DNA from: Bdellovibrionales bacterium
Lineage (GTDB): Bacteria > Bdellovibrionota > Bdellovibrionia > Bdellovibrionales > UBA1609
Length of the DNA stretch: 32,000 nucleotides
Reading direction: 5' to 3'
Assembly: GCA_963692945.1 (NCBI GenBank)
Contig: OY843585.1
Coordinates: 300,001-332,000, forward strand
Positions within the stretch are counted from its first letter, which is position 1. Each line of letters begins with the position of its first letter. Shown piece after piece: positions 8,943-17,683 of this stretch. The translations under genes and the position numbers were made by a program. The notes under the pieces are model-generated. The model saw nothing but the letters and a program-made list of their open reading frames with translations. It searched no databases and was not told the origin of the DNA.

Positions 8943-9290
8943 ATGGCAAAAAAGAGAAAAACAACAAAAAGAAAAGCGACAAAGAGAAAAACGACTCGTA
9001 AGAAAGTGACAAAAAGAAAAACGACAAAAAGAAAAACGACAAAGAGAAAAACAACAAAGAGAAAAACGACAAAAAGAAAAGCAACAAAAAGAAAAACAAC
9101 AAAGAGAAAAACAACAAAAAGAAAAACGACTAAAAGAAAAACAACAAAGAGAAAAAAGTCGACTCGTAAGAAAGTGACAAAGAGAAAAACAACAAAGAGA
9201 AAAGCGACTAAAAGAAAAACAACAAAAAGAAAAGCAACAAAGAGAAAGCCGGCAAAGAGAAAAAAAGCGACTCGTAGAAAAAGAAAATAA
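8943..9290 (+). CDS. Lys/Arg/Thr-rich pentapeptide-repeat basic protein (histone H1-like / nucleoid-associated candidate)
   Basis: 115 aa consisting almost entirely of (T/A)KRKT repeats. Has a strong RBS AGGAGG 6 nt upstream of the ATG, and two hairpins lie downstream, one with a T-run. Confidence 0.7.
   Translation: MAKKRKTTKRKATKRKTTRKKVTKRKTTKRKTTKRKTTKRKTTKRKATKRKTTKRKTTKRKTTKRKTTKRKKSTRKKVTKRKTTKRKATKRKTTKRKATKRKPAKRKKATRRKRK
8949..9275 (+). repeat. 15-bp tandem repeat (about 22 units, consensus acaaaaagaaaaacg), with a higher-order duplication about 168 bp apart
   Basis: Direct reading shows period 15 bp, equal to the 5-aa KRKTT unit. The variant unit gactcgtaagaaagtgacaaa recurs near 8994 and 9162. 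Confidence 0.9.
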
Positions 9291-9334
9291 ACTGAAAACC
9301 TAATCTCTAATTTAATAGAGATTATCTTTAAGAA

Positions 9335-9366
9335 AGGCCTCCTAATATAAACGGAGGTCTTTTTTT
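9335..9366 (+). terminator. rho-independent terminator after the KRKTT-repeat gene
   Basis: Stem aggcctcc / ggaggtct (one G-U pair), 10-nt loop, then TTTTTT. It is preceded by a second perfect 8-bp hairpin, taatctct N8 agagatta, at 9301-9324. Confidence 0.75.
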
Positions 9367-9389
9367 GCTACGCATTATAAAGGTGCTTA

Positions 9390-9417
9390 TTGAAATAACT
9401 GCAATCTTTGCTATAAA
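9390..9417 (+). promoter_or_regulatory. sigma-70-like promoter for mdh (TTGAAA N16 TATAAA)
   Basis: The -35 element is at 9390-9395 and the -10 at 9412-9417. The -10 ends only 9 nt before the mdh ATG (9427), and no SD sequence is visible. Confidence 0.45.
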
Positions 9418-9426
9418 AAAAAGATT

Positions 9427-10371
9427 ATGAATCATAGTAGAAAAAAAGTCACAATTATTGGTAGTGGATTTGTAGGAGCCACCTGTGCTCATTGGATCGC
9501 TTTTAAAGATTTGGCAGATGTTGTTTTAATAGATATACAAGAGGGGCTGGCTAAAGGTCGGGCTTTAGATCTTTATGAGGCAACACCTGTTATTCAAAAA
9601 GACATTTGTGTTCAAGGGAGTTCAGACTATAGTCTTGCTAAAAATTCGGATATCGTTATTATTACAGCTGGTTTGCCGAGAAAGCCTGGGATGAGTCGTT
9701 CGGACCTTCTTTTAAAAAATGCTCAAATCATGAAAAGCATTTGTGAAAACTTACAAAAGCATGTGAAGGGAGCTTGCTACATTATAGTTTCTAATCCTTT
9801 AGATGCTATGGTGTATTTGGCTCATAAAACTTTAAAAGTTCCGAGAGAAAAAATCTTAGGGATGGCAGGAGTTTTGGATACTTCTAGATTTAAATCTTTT
9901 GTTAGTGAAAGTTTAGGTGTTTCCGTCAAAGATATTTCGGCTCTTGTTTTAGGGGGGCATGGAGACACTATGGTTCCTTTAATTCGTTCCTGCACAGTGG
10001 GAGGGATTCCTCTTTCTGAGCTCATGGATCAAAAAACTCAAGAAGAGCTTATTGAAAGAACCCGAAAAGGGGGAGGAGAAATTGTTTCTTTATTAAAAAC
10101 AGGTTCTGCTTATTATGCCCCTTCAGCAAGTGTTGTGGAAATGGTAGAGGCTATTTTAAAAGATCAAAATCGTATCCTACCTTGTGCCGCTCTTTTAGAG
10201 GGTGAGTACGGTGAAAAAGATATTTTTGTTGGTGTGCCTTGCCAACTGAATGGGATGGGTTTGAAAAAAGTTATTGAAATCACTTTAAATGAAGAAGAGA
10301 AAAAACAATTTAGAAAGTCAGTTAGTGTTGTGAAGCAAACTCTTTCAGATATGGAATCTCTTTTGAAATGA
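9427..10371 (+). CDS. mdh: malate dehydrogenase (LDH-like type)
   Basis: GSGFVGAT NAD-binding fold, GLPRKPGMSRSDLL with the MDH-type Arg, and GGHGDTMVP. ATGA overlap with sucC. Confidence 0.9.
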   Translation: MNHSRKKVTIIGSGFVGATCAHWIAFKDLADVVLIDIQEGLAKGRALDLYEATPVIQKDICVQGSSDYSLAKNSDIVIITAGLPRKPGMSRSDLLLKNAQIMKSICENLQKHVKGACYIIVSNPLDAMVYLAHKTLKVPREKILGMAGVLDTSRFKSFVSESLGVSVKDISALVLGGHGDTMVPLIRSCTVGGIPLSELMDQKTQEELIERTRKGGGEIVSLLKTGSAYYAPSASVVEMVEAILKDQNRILPCAALLEGEYGEKDIFVGVPCQLNGMGLKKVIEITLNEEEKKQFRKSVSVVKQTLSDMESLLK

Positions 10372-11534
10372 ACATACAAGAGTATCAAGCCAAAGCTTTT
10401 TTTAAAGACTATCATATTCCTGTTTTAGAATCACAAGTTGTAGAAACCCCTGCGAATGCAAAAAAAGCAGCAAAACAATTGGGTGGATCTCTTTGGGCTG
10501 TTAAAGCTCAAGTGTTAGCTGGAGGTAGAGGAAAAGGTGGAGGAATTAAAATTGTTAAAAGTTTGGAAGAGGTGGAGCAAGTCTCTCAATCTCTTTTAGG
10601 TCATAAATTAGTGACTGCTCAAACCACAAAATCTGGAGAGTTGATTAAAAAAGTTTTAATAGAAGCCGCTTGTTCTATAGAAAAAGAATATTACTTATCC
10701 CTTTTAATTGATCCTAAAGATTCCAAAGTGTCCTTTATTGTTTCTCCCGAAGGGGGCATGGACATTGAAGAGGTCAGTGTAAAGCACCCGGAAAAGATTT
10801 TAAAAGAAAAAATACATCCTTGCTATGGGTTTCAGTCTTATCAAGCATGGTCTATAGGGACTTTTTTAGGTTTTTCTAAAAAAGAAGAAATCTCTCAAGT
10901 GTTTTCTCTTTGTCAAAACCTCTACAAACTTTTTATAGAAAAGGATGTGACTCTTTTAGAAATAAACCCTTTAGTTAAGGACAACAAAGGGGAACTTATT
11001 GCTTTAGATGGAAAGATGAGCTTTGATGAAAACGCTCTTTATCGCCATGAGGATTTGGAGAAAATTCACTCTCTACAAGAAAAAAAAGAAAGTGAAAAAC
11101 AAGCTTTAGAATATGGCTTATCTTTTATTGAGTTAGATGGAGATGTTGGTTGTATGGTGAATGGAGCAGGCCTTGCTATGTCCACAATGGACATTATTAA
11201 AATTTATGGAGGCACACCAGCTAACTTTTTAGATGTAGGAGGAGGATCTGATGAAGTTAAAATTAAAAAAGCTTTTGAAATCATTTTACAAACTAAAGGA
11301 GTTAAAGCCATTCTCGTAAATATTTTTGGAGGAATTATGAGGTGTGATTTGATAGCCACAGGTCTTATCAAAGCCGTTCAACAAGTGGGCTTAAAAGTTC
11401 CTGTTGTCATTAGATTGGAGGGAACAAAATCCAAAGAAGGATTGCAATTGTTAGAGGATTCAAACATAGATTTAATAACAGCTAAAAGCTTGAGTGAAGC
11501 GGCTAAAAAAGTGGTGGAGGTTTCAAAAAAATAA
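10368..11534 (+). CDS. sucC: succinate-CoA ligase (ADP-forming) beta subunit
   Basis: [34 protein letters not shown] and [10 protein letters not shown]. Confidence 0.92.
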   Translation: MNIQEYQAKAFFKDYHIPVLESQVVETPANAKKAAKQLGGSLWAVKAQVLAGGRGKGGGIKIVKSLEEVEQVSQSLLGHKLVTAQTTKSGELIKKVLIEAACSIEKEYYLSLLIDPKDSKVSFIVSPEGGMDIEEVSVKHPEKILKEKIHPCYGFQSYQAWSIGTFLGFSKKEEISQVFSLCQNLYKLFIEKDVTLLEINPLVKDNKGELIALDGKMSFDENALYRHEDLEKIHSLQEKKESEKQALEYGLSFIELDGDVGCMVNGAGLAMSTMDIIKIYGGTPANFLDVGGGSDEVKIKKAFEIILQTKGVKAILVNIFGGIMRCDLIATGLIKAVQQVGLKVPVVIRLEGTKSKEGLQLLEDSNIDLITAKSLSEAAKKVVEVSKK

Positions 11535-11535
11535 A

Positions 11536-12411
11536 ATGGCCATTCTTGTAGATAAAAATACCAAATTGATTTGTCAGGGATTTACGGGAAAGCATGGGAC
11601 TTTTCACAGTCAACAATCACTGGAATATGGAACTCAGCTTGTTGGAGGAGTGACACCTGGTAAAGGTTCTCAACTTCATCTGGGTAAGCCCGTATTTCAT
11701 ACAGTGAAACAAGCCATTGAGGAAACAGGAGCGAATGCTTCTATGGTTTATGTTCCTGCACCCTTAGCGGCTTCTGCTATTATAGAATCCATTGAAGCGG
11801 AAATGGAATTGGTGGTTTGTATTACAGAAGGGATTCCTATTTTAGATATGGTGAAAGTGAAACAAGCTTTAAGAGGTTCTAAAACAAGATTGATTGGGGC
11901 AAATTGTCCTGGGGTTATCACTCCAGAGGAATGCAAAATAGGGATTATGCCGGGATACATTCATAAAAAAGGAAAAGTGGGCATACTTTCTCGTTCAGGG
12001 ACTCTCACTTACGAAGCGGTTTGGCAAACCAGCTCTCTAGGTCTTGGACAAAGTTCTTGTGTAGGTATTGGTGGAGACCCTGTAAAGGGCTCAGATTTTA
12101 TTGATATTTTAAAGCTTTTTAAAGAAGATGAGGAAACAAAGATGGTTTTGCTTATTGGTGAAATAGGAGGAGTGACAGAAGAAGAAGCAGCAGAGTATAT
12201 TAAAGCAGAATTTAACAAACCCGTTGTTGCCTTTATTGCTGGAAGAACAGCTCCGCCAGGTCGTCGGATGGGTCATGCGGGAGCCATTATTACGGGTGGT
12301 TTTGGTGGAGCAAAAAGTAAAAGTGAGGCTTTAAAAAAAGTGGGATGTTATATTGTGGATAACCCAGCTTATCTTGGTAAAGAGGCTAAAAGGATATTAG
12401 AGTCTAAATAA
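11536..12411 (+). CDS. sucD: succinate-CoA ligase alpha subunit
   Basis: [24 protein letters not shown]-terminus, SRSGTLTYE, and the phosphohistidine loop [11 protein letters not shown]. The ATG at 11536 lies 1 nt after the sucC stop. The 11494 start in the ORF track is an in-frame extension inside sucC. Confidence 0.9.
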   Translation: MAILVDKNTKLICQGFTGKHGTFHSQQSLEYGTQLVGGVTPGKGSQLHLGKPVFHTVKQAIEETGANASMVYVPAPLAASAIIESIEAEMELVVCITEGIPILDMVKVKQALRGSKTRLIGANCPGVITPEECKIGIMPGYIHKKGKVGILSRSGTLTYEAVWQTSSLGLGQSSCVGIGGDPVKGSDFIDILKLFKEDEETKMVLLIGEIGGVTEEEAAEYIKAEFNKPVVAFIAGRTAPPGRRMGHAGAIITGGFGGAKSKSEALKKVGCYIVDNPAYLGKEAKRILESK

Positions 12412-12424
12412 AAGGGGAGGACTT

Positions 12425-12847
12425 ATGAAAGAAACAACATTCGCGTTAATAAAACCTAATGTTATGAAAAAAAATAAAGTAGGTTCTATTATTGAGAAAT
12501 TTCAAAGTGCTGGATTAGAAGTCTCTGGTGTAAAAATGATAAAGGTTTCATCAAAACTTTGTGAAAAATTTTATCAAGAACATAAATACAAACCTTTTTT
12601 TCCAGAGCTGGTTTGTTTTATATCTTCTGCACCTGTTATTGTCTTGGCTCTTACAGGGTTAAACGCCGTCTCTTTAGTCCGAGAAATCATGGGGGATACA
12701 GACCCTAAAAAAGCAAAACCCGGAACGCTTCGCTTTGAGTATGGAGATAGTGTGGGAGAAAACGCTGTTCATGGAAGTGATTCTTTAGAAAGTGCAAAAA
12801 GAGAGTTAGATTTATTTTTCCTTCCCGGCGAGATATTTATAAAATAA
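12425..12847 (+). CDS. ndk: nucleoside-diphosphate kinase
   Basis: TFALIKPN, the active-site His in NAVHGSD, and a GGAGG-type RBS upstream. Confidence 0.9.
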   Translation: MKETTFALIKPNVMKKNKVGSIIEKFQSAGLEVSGVKMIKVSSKLCEKFYQEHKYKPFFPELVCFISSAPVIVLALTGLNAVSLVREIMGDTDPKKAKPGTLRFEYGDSVGENAVHGSDSLESAKRELDLFFLPGEIFIK

Positions 12848-12857
12848 AAAGTTGATT

Positions 12858-13628
12858 ATGAAAAAAATACTTTTATGTTTTTTAATTGGTTTTGCAACAG
12901 CTTCTTGTTATTTGGGAGAAAAGCGTAAAAATTTATCTAGAAATCATCATCAAATTGCTGTTTCTTTAATGAAAGAATGTGACCATCCAAGAGCCTTAAG
13001 TCACCTCTTAAAAGGTGTAAAAATGGACTCGCAAAATTTTTTAATTCGGTACACATTGGCTGTCGTTTATTTTGTATTAAAAGATTATGAATTGACCATC
13101 AAAGAGCTTAAAAAAGTTTTAAAACAAAATCCCAAAGTCACAGAAGCCCGTGTCACTCTATCTCAATCTTATTTAGAATTAGGGGAGGTGGATAAAGCTT
13201 TAAAAGAAATTAAGAAAGCCGAACAAGATCAAACTTATTCCAACCCTCTAAAAATCATTGCTTTAAAAGGGCGTATTTATTTTAAAAAGAGAGAGATGTT
13301 CAAAGCCCGAAAAGAGTTTAAAGAGCTACTCTCTATTCCTAAATCTAAAAACTGCTTTGCCACTCTTTATTTAGGGCGAACAGAGATGGCCTTAAAGAAT
13401 TTCAAAGAATCGGAAAATCTTTTAAAAAAAGCAAGGCGTATTTGTTCTAATGAAAAGCCAGTTTGTGAAAAGAAAAATTACAATGCTCACTTTTTCTTAG
13501 CCACTTTATATCTCAAGAAAAATCAGAAAAAAAAGGCAAGGTATCATTTAAAAATTTTCTTAAAAGTAGCCGATGCAAGCAACCCTTATATTTCAAAAGC
13601 AAGAAATCTCTTGAATAAAAATCAATGA
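12858..13628 (+). CDS. TPR-repeat lipoprotein (PilW/PilF-like)
   Basis: Signal peptide with a lipobox-like FATASC, and repeated TPR-like helices. It occupies the position between ndk and rodZ that pilW holds in many proteobacteria. The ATG at 12858 is preferred over the TTG at 12852. Confidence 0.6.
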   Translation: MKKILLCFLIGFATASCYLGEKRKNLSRNHHQIAVSLMKECDHPRALSHLLKGVKMDSQNFLIRYTLAVVYFVLKDYELTIKELKKVLKQNPKVTEARVTLSQSYLELGEVDKALKEIKKAEQDQTYSNPLKIIALKGRIYFKKREMFKARKEFKELLSIPKSKNCFATLYLGRTEMALKNFKESENLLKKARRICSNEKPVCEKKNYNAHFFLATLYLKKNQKKKARYHLKIFLKVADASNPYISKARNLLNKNQ

Positions 13629-14392
13629 ATTTAATAGAAATAGGTCGTTATTTAAAATCTATTCGTGAAAAGAAAGAGATTGGTTTTGAAGAAGTTTATA
13701 AAGCAACGCGAATACAAATTTCTATTATAGAAGATATAGAAGAAGGGGTTTCTGAGTTGTCCCCTGCTTTCTTAAGAGGATTCATAAAAACTTACGCTAA
13801 GTTTTTAGAAGCAGACATTGAAAAATATTTTAAAGAAGAATCCAAATCCCCTATTCAAAAAGAGTCGGTCCAACAAGAAGAGGTTTCTCAACGACGAACC
13901 CTCTTTCCTCTAAAAAAAAACACTAAGAATCTTTTAGGGGTTCTTTTTTTAATAGGTATGGTTTTTCTAGTTTATAAAGAAATCTCTAAAACTTTTAATC
14001 AGAAATCTCAACAAGAGACAAGAAAGCAGTTAGACGAAAAAGCATGGACAGAGTTCACAAAAAAGGAAGTCTTCTCTAAAAAAGAGATTCCAAGAGAAGA
14101 ACCTACAAAAAATACAAAAGCCCTTACTTTTTTAGAGAAATTAGAAAGGAGTTATTTTCAGCAAGAGGTTCTTATAAAGTCTTCTAAAAAAATAGAAATT
14201 TACTTTAAAGTAGATAATGAAAAACTTGAAACTAGAAATTTATTACCAGAAGAATGGTTTTATATCAAGGCTATTGATAAAATTTACTTACGCTTTGATC
14301 AAGCGAAAGGAGTTCAGGTATTTCATAATGGAAAAAGACTTATTTTTACAGGAGTATTTTTTGAAAGAGCTTTCCCTAGTGACACAATGTGA
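13625..14392 (+). CDS. rodZ: RodZ-like cytoskeleton protein (XRE-type HTH + TM + C-terminal beta domain)
   Basis: N-terminal IGRYLKSIREKKEIGFEEVYKATRIQISIIEDIEEG...FLRGFIKTYAKFLE, a central TM (LLGVLFLIGMVFLVY), and a C-terminal domain ending VQVFHNGKRL. Confidence 0.65.
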   Translation: MNLIEIGRYLKSIREKKEIGFEEVYKATRIQISIIEDIEEGVSELSPAFLRGFIKTYAKFLEADIEKYFKEESKSPIQKESVQQEEVSQRRTLFPLKKNTKNLLGVLFLIGMVFLVYKEISKTFNQKSQQETRKQLDEKAWTEFTKKEVFSKKEIPREEPTKNTKALTFLEKLERSYFQQEVLIKSSKKIEIYFKVDNEKLETRNLLPEEWFYIKAIDKIYLRFDQAKGVQVFHNGKRLIFTGVFFERAFPSDTM

Positions 14393-14437
14393 ACTTTTGA
14401 TTAAAGCCTAAAGACTCCATTAAACTCTATAAATACT

Positions 14438-15034
14438 ATGGAGTTTATAAGTTTTGATCTAGAGACCACAGGAATTTTAAGTCATGATGATCATATTGTA
14501 GAGATTGCAGCCATTCGGTTTAAAAATGGTGAAGTCCTAGATAGTTATCATAGGTTGGTTTCTATAGATAGCCCTATACCAGAACAAGCGATTGCTATTC
14601 ATGGAATAACCGATGAAATGCTGGAGGGACAAGCTTCCATTGATAAAATTTTACCTGAGTTTGCAGAATTTTGTGGGGATAAGTTAATGATTGCTCACAA
14701 TGCTATTTTTGATTTTCAATTCTTGGTTCGTGCTATTCAAGAGTGTCAACAGCCTTCTCCAAAAGGATTTGTTTTAGACACTTGCAACTTATCTAGAAAA
14801 ACTTTTCCTGGATTGGTTAACTATAAACTTTCCACTTTATGTAAGTATCTAAAGATAGCTTTTAAGGAATCTCATAGAGCCGAAGCCGATGCTATGAGTT
14901 GTGGAAACCTTTTTGTAAAAATTTTAGAAAAACTTCCTTTTTCAGATGATCTTGAAGAGATCATTAAGTTTTCTGGAAAAGCCCCTTTAAAATTTCCAAG
15001 ATCTTTTATGGAAGGACAGCTTCCACTTTTTTGA
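14438..15034 (+). CDS. DEDDh 3'-5' exonuclease (DnaQ / Pol III epsilon-like)
   Basis: Exo motifs FDLETTG, HNAIFDFQFL and HRAEADA. Confidence 0.8.
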   Translation: MEFISFDLETTGILSHDDHIVEIAAIRFKNGEVLDSYHRLVSIDSPIPEQAIAIHGITDEMLEGQASIDKILPEFAEFCGDKLMIAHNAIFDFQFLVRAIQECQQPSPKGFVLDTCNLSRKTFPGLVNYKLSTLCKYLKIAFKESHRAEADAMSCGNLFVKILEKLPFSDDLEEIIKFSGKAPLKFPRSFMEGQLPLF

Positions 15035-15064
15035 ATTCGTTGCGAAGGAGTGCGAGCTAAAAGT

Positions 15065-16621
15065 TTAAAGTGGGAATTTGTGAGCTATGGGCATTCTTCG
15101 TCCTTCTCCAAAAGCTTGTTCACTCAGTTTTAAAATCGGTGGAGCTTGTTTTCGTTTAAACTCACTTTGTTGAAGAAGAAGAGCTATCTTTTTTTCTTTT
15201 TGAGTTTGAGGTTTTTGAAATTGAAGTAGTTTTTCCAAAATGGGATCTAACTCTTTATAAGCCAACAACTCTGTTTCATCTTTTTGATTAGGGGCTAGCT
15301 CTGCTGTCGGAGGTCTAAGGGTAAGTTCTTTTGAAAAAACATTCTCGGTTTTGTTAATGAAATGGACAAGTTTATAAACTTCTGTTTTCCATAAATCTCC
15401 GATAGGGAGAAGGGCTCCACAGAGGTCTCCATAAAGAGTGCTGTAACCTGTAGCCAATTCACTTTTATTTCCTGTTCCGAGCAGCAGACTAGAATTTTCA
15501 TTGGCTTCTGCCATAAGAATCAAAGACCGAATTCGGGATTGAATATTTTGATGAGAAATAGGATTTTGAGGTTTCTTTTTTCCAAACAAAGTTTGTAGAG
15601 TTTGCTTGTAAAGGGGAGAAATATCTATTGTTTTTAGAGGGACTTGTAAAGTTTTTGAAAGATCTTTCACAATGGTGTGACTTATTCTTTGTGTAAAAGG
15701 ACTTGGAAGAAAAAAAGCTTTGACCCCTTTTTTTCCTAAAGCTTTTACAGCGAGATATAAAACAAGAGCGGAATCCATTCCACCACTTAACCCAATATGA
15801 ATCTTAGAAAAATTTAAAGTATGGCAAAACTCTTTTAAACCTAAAATAAGGGCTTGCCGTTGTTGTTCTTCTTTAATTAAAATTTTTTTTTGTGGAGAAA
15901 GGATGGAGTGATTTTTATTCAAATCATAAATGGTAAAATCAGGTTTAAAAAAATTTCCCTGCCATGTGATAGACCCTTTTTTGTTTAAAATAAAACTTCC
16001 CCCATCAAAAATAATTTCATCTTGAGCTCCCACACGATTGAGATAAAAAAAAGGGCATTTGTATTTTTTAGAAAGAGTTTTTGCTTTTTCAAGTCGGTGT
16101 TTTTGTTTTTGATTTGTATAAGGTGAAGAGCTCATACAAAGCAACAAGTCAGGATGAGATAAAGTCTTAGCTTGCCACAAATCTTCACAAATTAAAATTT
16201 GGATTTTTTTATTTTTCAAAAAGAAAATATTGTCTTTTATAGAGCCTTTCTTGAAGTAACGAGATTCATAAAAAACATTTTCATCAGGAAGAAAAGCTTT
16301 AGTGAAAAATTTTGCTTTTTTGTTTTTCTCCAAAAGAAAAACTCCATTGTAGAGACAATCCGAGTGATGAACAAAGGAAGGTAAAAGGACAGACAATCCT
16401 CTCGGTGTTTTTTGCTGAATTTGCTCTAGTTTTTTTTCTTGAAGTTGAAAAAAATCTTTGCGAAATAAAAAATCTTTTGGAGGATAAGAGAACAGTCCTC
16501 CTTCAGGAAAAAGAAGTAAGTTCGCTTGACCTTCAGCTTTTTTTATAAAAGATAAAATCTGTGATGTGTTTTCTTCAAAATCCCCAACAGTGCTTTTAAT
16601 TTGAGCTAAAGCCATTTTCAT
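15065..16621 (-). CDS. nadE: glutamine-dependent NAD+ synthetase
   Basis: N-terminal CN-hydrolase domain (LLLFPEG, ILICEDLW) plus a C-terminal PP-loop domain (GLSGGMDSA). Confidence 0.88.
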   Translation of the reverse strand: MKMALAQIKSTVGDFEENTSQILSFIKKAEGQANLLLFPEGGLFSYPPKDFLFRKDFFQLQEKKLEQIQQKTPRGLSVLLPSFVHHSDCLYNGVFLLEKNKKAKFFTKAFLPDENVFYESRYFKKGSIKDNIFFLKNKKIQILICEDLWQAKTLSHPDLLLCMSSSPYTNQKQKHRLEKAKTLSKKYKCPFFYLNRVGAQDEIIFDGGSFILNKKGSITWQGNFFKPDFTIYDLNKNHSILSPQKKILIKEEQQRQALILGLKEFCHTLNFSKIHIGLSGGMDSALVLYLAVKALGKKGVKAFFLPSPFTQRISHTIVKDLSKTLQVPLKTIDISPLYKQTLQTLFGKKKPQNPISHQNIQSRIRSLILMAEANENSSLLLGTGNKSELATGYSTLYGDLCGALLPIGDLWKTEVYKLVHFINKTENVFSKELTLRPPTAELAPNQKDETELLAYKELDPILEKLLQFQKPQTQKEKKIALLLQQSEFKRKQAPPILKLSEQAFGEGRRMPIAHKFPL

Positions 16622-16674
16622 TATAAATTTAAATTACTTTAAAAAACTTAGATTGGACAAGGAGAAAAAGAGTT

Positions 16675-17571
16675 TCAATCTCTATTTTGAAATTCCATAA
16701 CTTGAGAGAAAACAACAAGTAAAATAGCGACAATCATAGCTCCAATAAAGAAGTACTTTAAAAAGCCTCCTAATTTGAATGAGGTATCTACTTTTTCTTT
16801 GAGTTCGGAGGGTTCTCTTTTGGTATGGGCTATAAGGCGCTTTCGTGTTGCTTCTTTCTCTACTCCTTTATTTCTTTCCCCAGAGGAGGCAGCCGTTAAA
16901 CTATTCCTTTTCCTTTTTTCTTCCTCATCTATATAAATAGCTCCTAAAAAACCATCATCATTAAATCTAACCCGGCTTTTTCTTTTAGAGGTTTTTTGTT
17001 TTTGTGGTGTTTCAAATTTATCGGGTTTGAAGCCTGTCCCACCTAGATTTCCTATTTTTGTTCTCTTTTTTCTTTTTCTTCTTTTTTTCCGATGGGAGTT
17101 GGAGGATAAATCTCCACCAATTTGTTGACCACTAGAGCCAGCCTGAGATGTTGAAGAGTTCTTTTTGTTTCTTCTTTTTCCATTCTTTGAGTTTTTATCA
17201 GAGGCTTCCCTCTCCCTATCTCTAGCTGCTTTTGCATTTTTAATTCGGTTGGATCTTCTTTCTTGATTGGCGAGATTTTCTTCAATAGAGGCTATTTTTG
17301 CTTGTGCAAAAGCAACAGCTTCTGCTTTTTTAGATTTACAATTGACTCCGCCTTCTATTGCATCAAGTCTAGGAAGCAACCCATTTTCCATCAAACAGCT
17401 GTAATAACCACCAGGACCAACAAGAGCTCCTGAAAATCGTCTCAATCCCTCACCTAAAGGAGTTAAAATAAACCGAGCCAGAAAAATCACAATCACAAGG
17501 AGTAGGATATACTCTATGGTGGCTTGACCCGATTTTGCGGAAAAACCTCTTTTTTTGCCTTTTTTAAACAT
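16675..17571 (-). CDS. Flp-type prepilin-signal protein with polybasic extension and C-terminal TM helix
   Basis: AKSG|QATIEYILLLVIVIF fits the G|xxxxEY TadV cleavage motif. The middle region is rich in K/R/S/N (HRKKRRKRKKRTK). A C-terminal hydrophobic helix reads FFIGAMIVAILLVVF. Confidence 0.7.
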   Translation of the reverse strand: MFKKGKKRGFSAKSGQATIEYILLLVIVIFLARFILTPLGEGLRRFSGALVGPGGYYSCLMENGLLPRLDAIEGGVNCKSKKAEAVAFAQAKIASIEENLANQERRSNRIKNAKAARDREREASDKNSKNGKRRNKKNSSTSQAGSSGQQIGGDLSSNSHRKKRRKRKKRTKIGNLGGTGFKPDKFETPQKQKTSKRKSRVRFNDDGFLGAIYIDEEEKRKRNSLTAASSGERNKGVEKEATRKRLIAHTKREPSELKEKVDTSFKLGGFLKYFFIGAMIVAILLVVFSQVMEFQNRD

Positions 17572-17683
17572 TCTAAAGGATTCTTCGGAAGAAAACAGAG
17601 AAAAAATTAAGTCTAAAGGTCTAAAGATTTTTTAAAATGGAACCGATAGTATTATTAGTAACAAAAACAAGGAGGATGTAGGT

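Noticed and set aside
8914-9117. 67-aa minus-strand ORF (FFSLLFFF...) antisense to the KRKTT-repeat gene
   Set aside because: It is a mirror image of the low-complexity A/G-rich tandem repeat. It has no RBS, and the plus-strand frame has a strong RBS and a terminator.
8949-9275. Possible CRISPR-like array, because of regular short repeats
   Set aside because: The period is 15 bp with no unique spacers, the array lies entirely within one ORF with a 5-aa periodicity, and no cas genes are present.
11494-11535. Longer sucD start at 11494 (and the TTG starts at 1627 for fsa and 12852 for the TPR protein)
   Set aside because: The extensions overlap the upstream gene or add non-conserved residues. 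The internal ATGs give canonical family N-termini (MAILVDKN..., MKIFIDTA..., MKKILL...).
14217-14411. Same-strand alternative-frame ORFs: 14217-14411, 18948-19214 and 20607-20819
   Set aside because: They overlap well-supported genes (rodZ-like, pilin/TadE-like, cpaB) in another frame, with low-complexity translations and no RBS.
17641-17648. Shared heptamer ACCGATA upstream of flp (17641-17647) and of cpaB (20497-20503) as a common promoter element
   Set aside because: A 7-mer is expected about twice per strand by chance in 32 kb at this composition, and the flanks do not align. It needs genome-wide enrichment analysis before being taken seriously.
17572-17683. Sigma-54 (-24/-12) promoters upstream of flp, cpaB, the tadB-like operon or the 298-aa gene, given the nearby bEBP
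   Set aside because: No GG-N10-GC arrangement resembling TGGCAC-N5-TTGC was found in these intergenic regions. The nearest look-alike (tggaaccgatagtat, 17638-17652) lacks the -12 GC.
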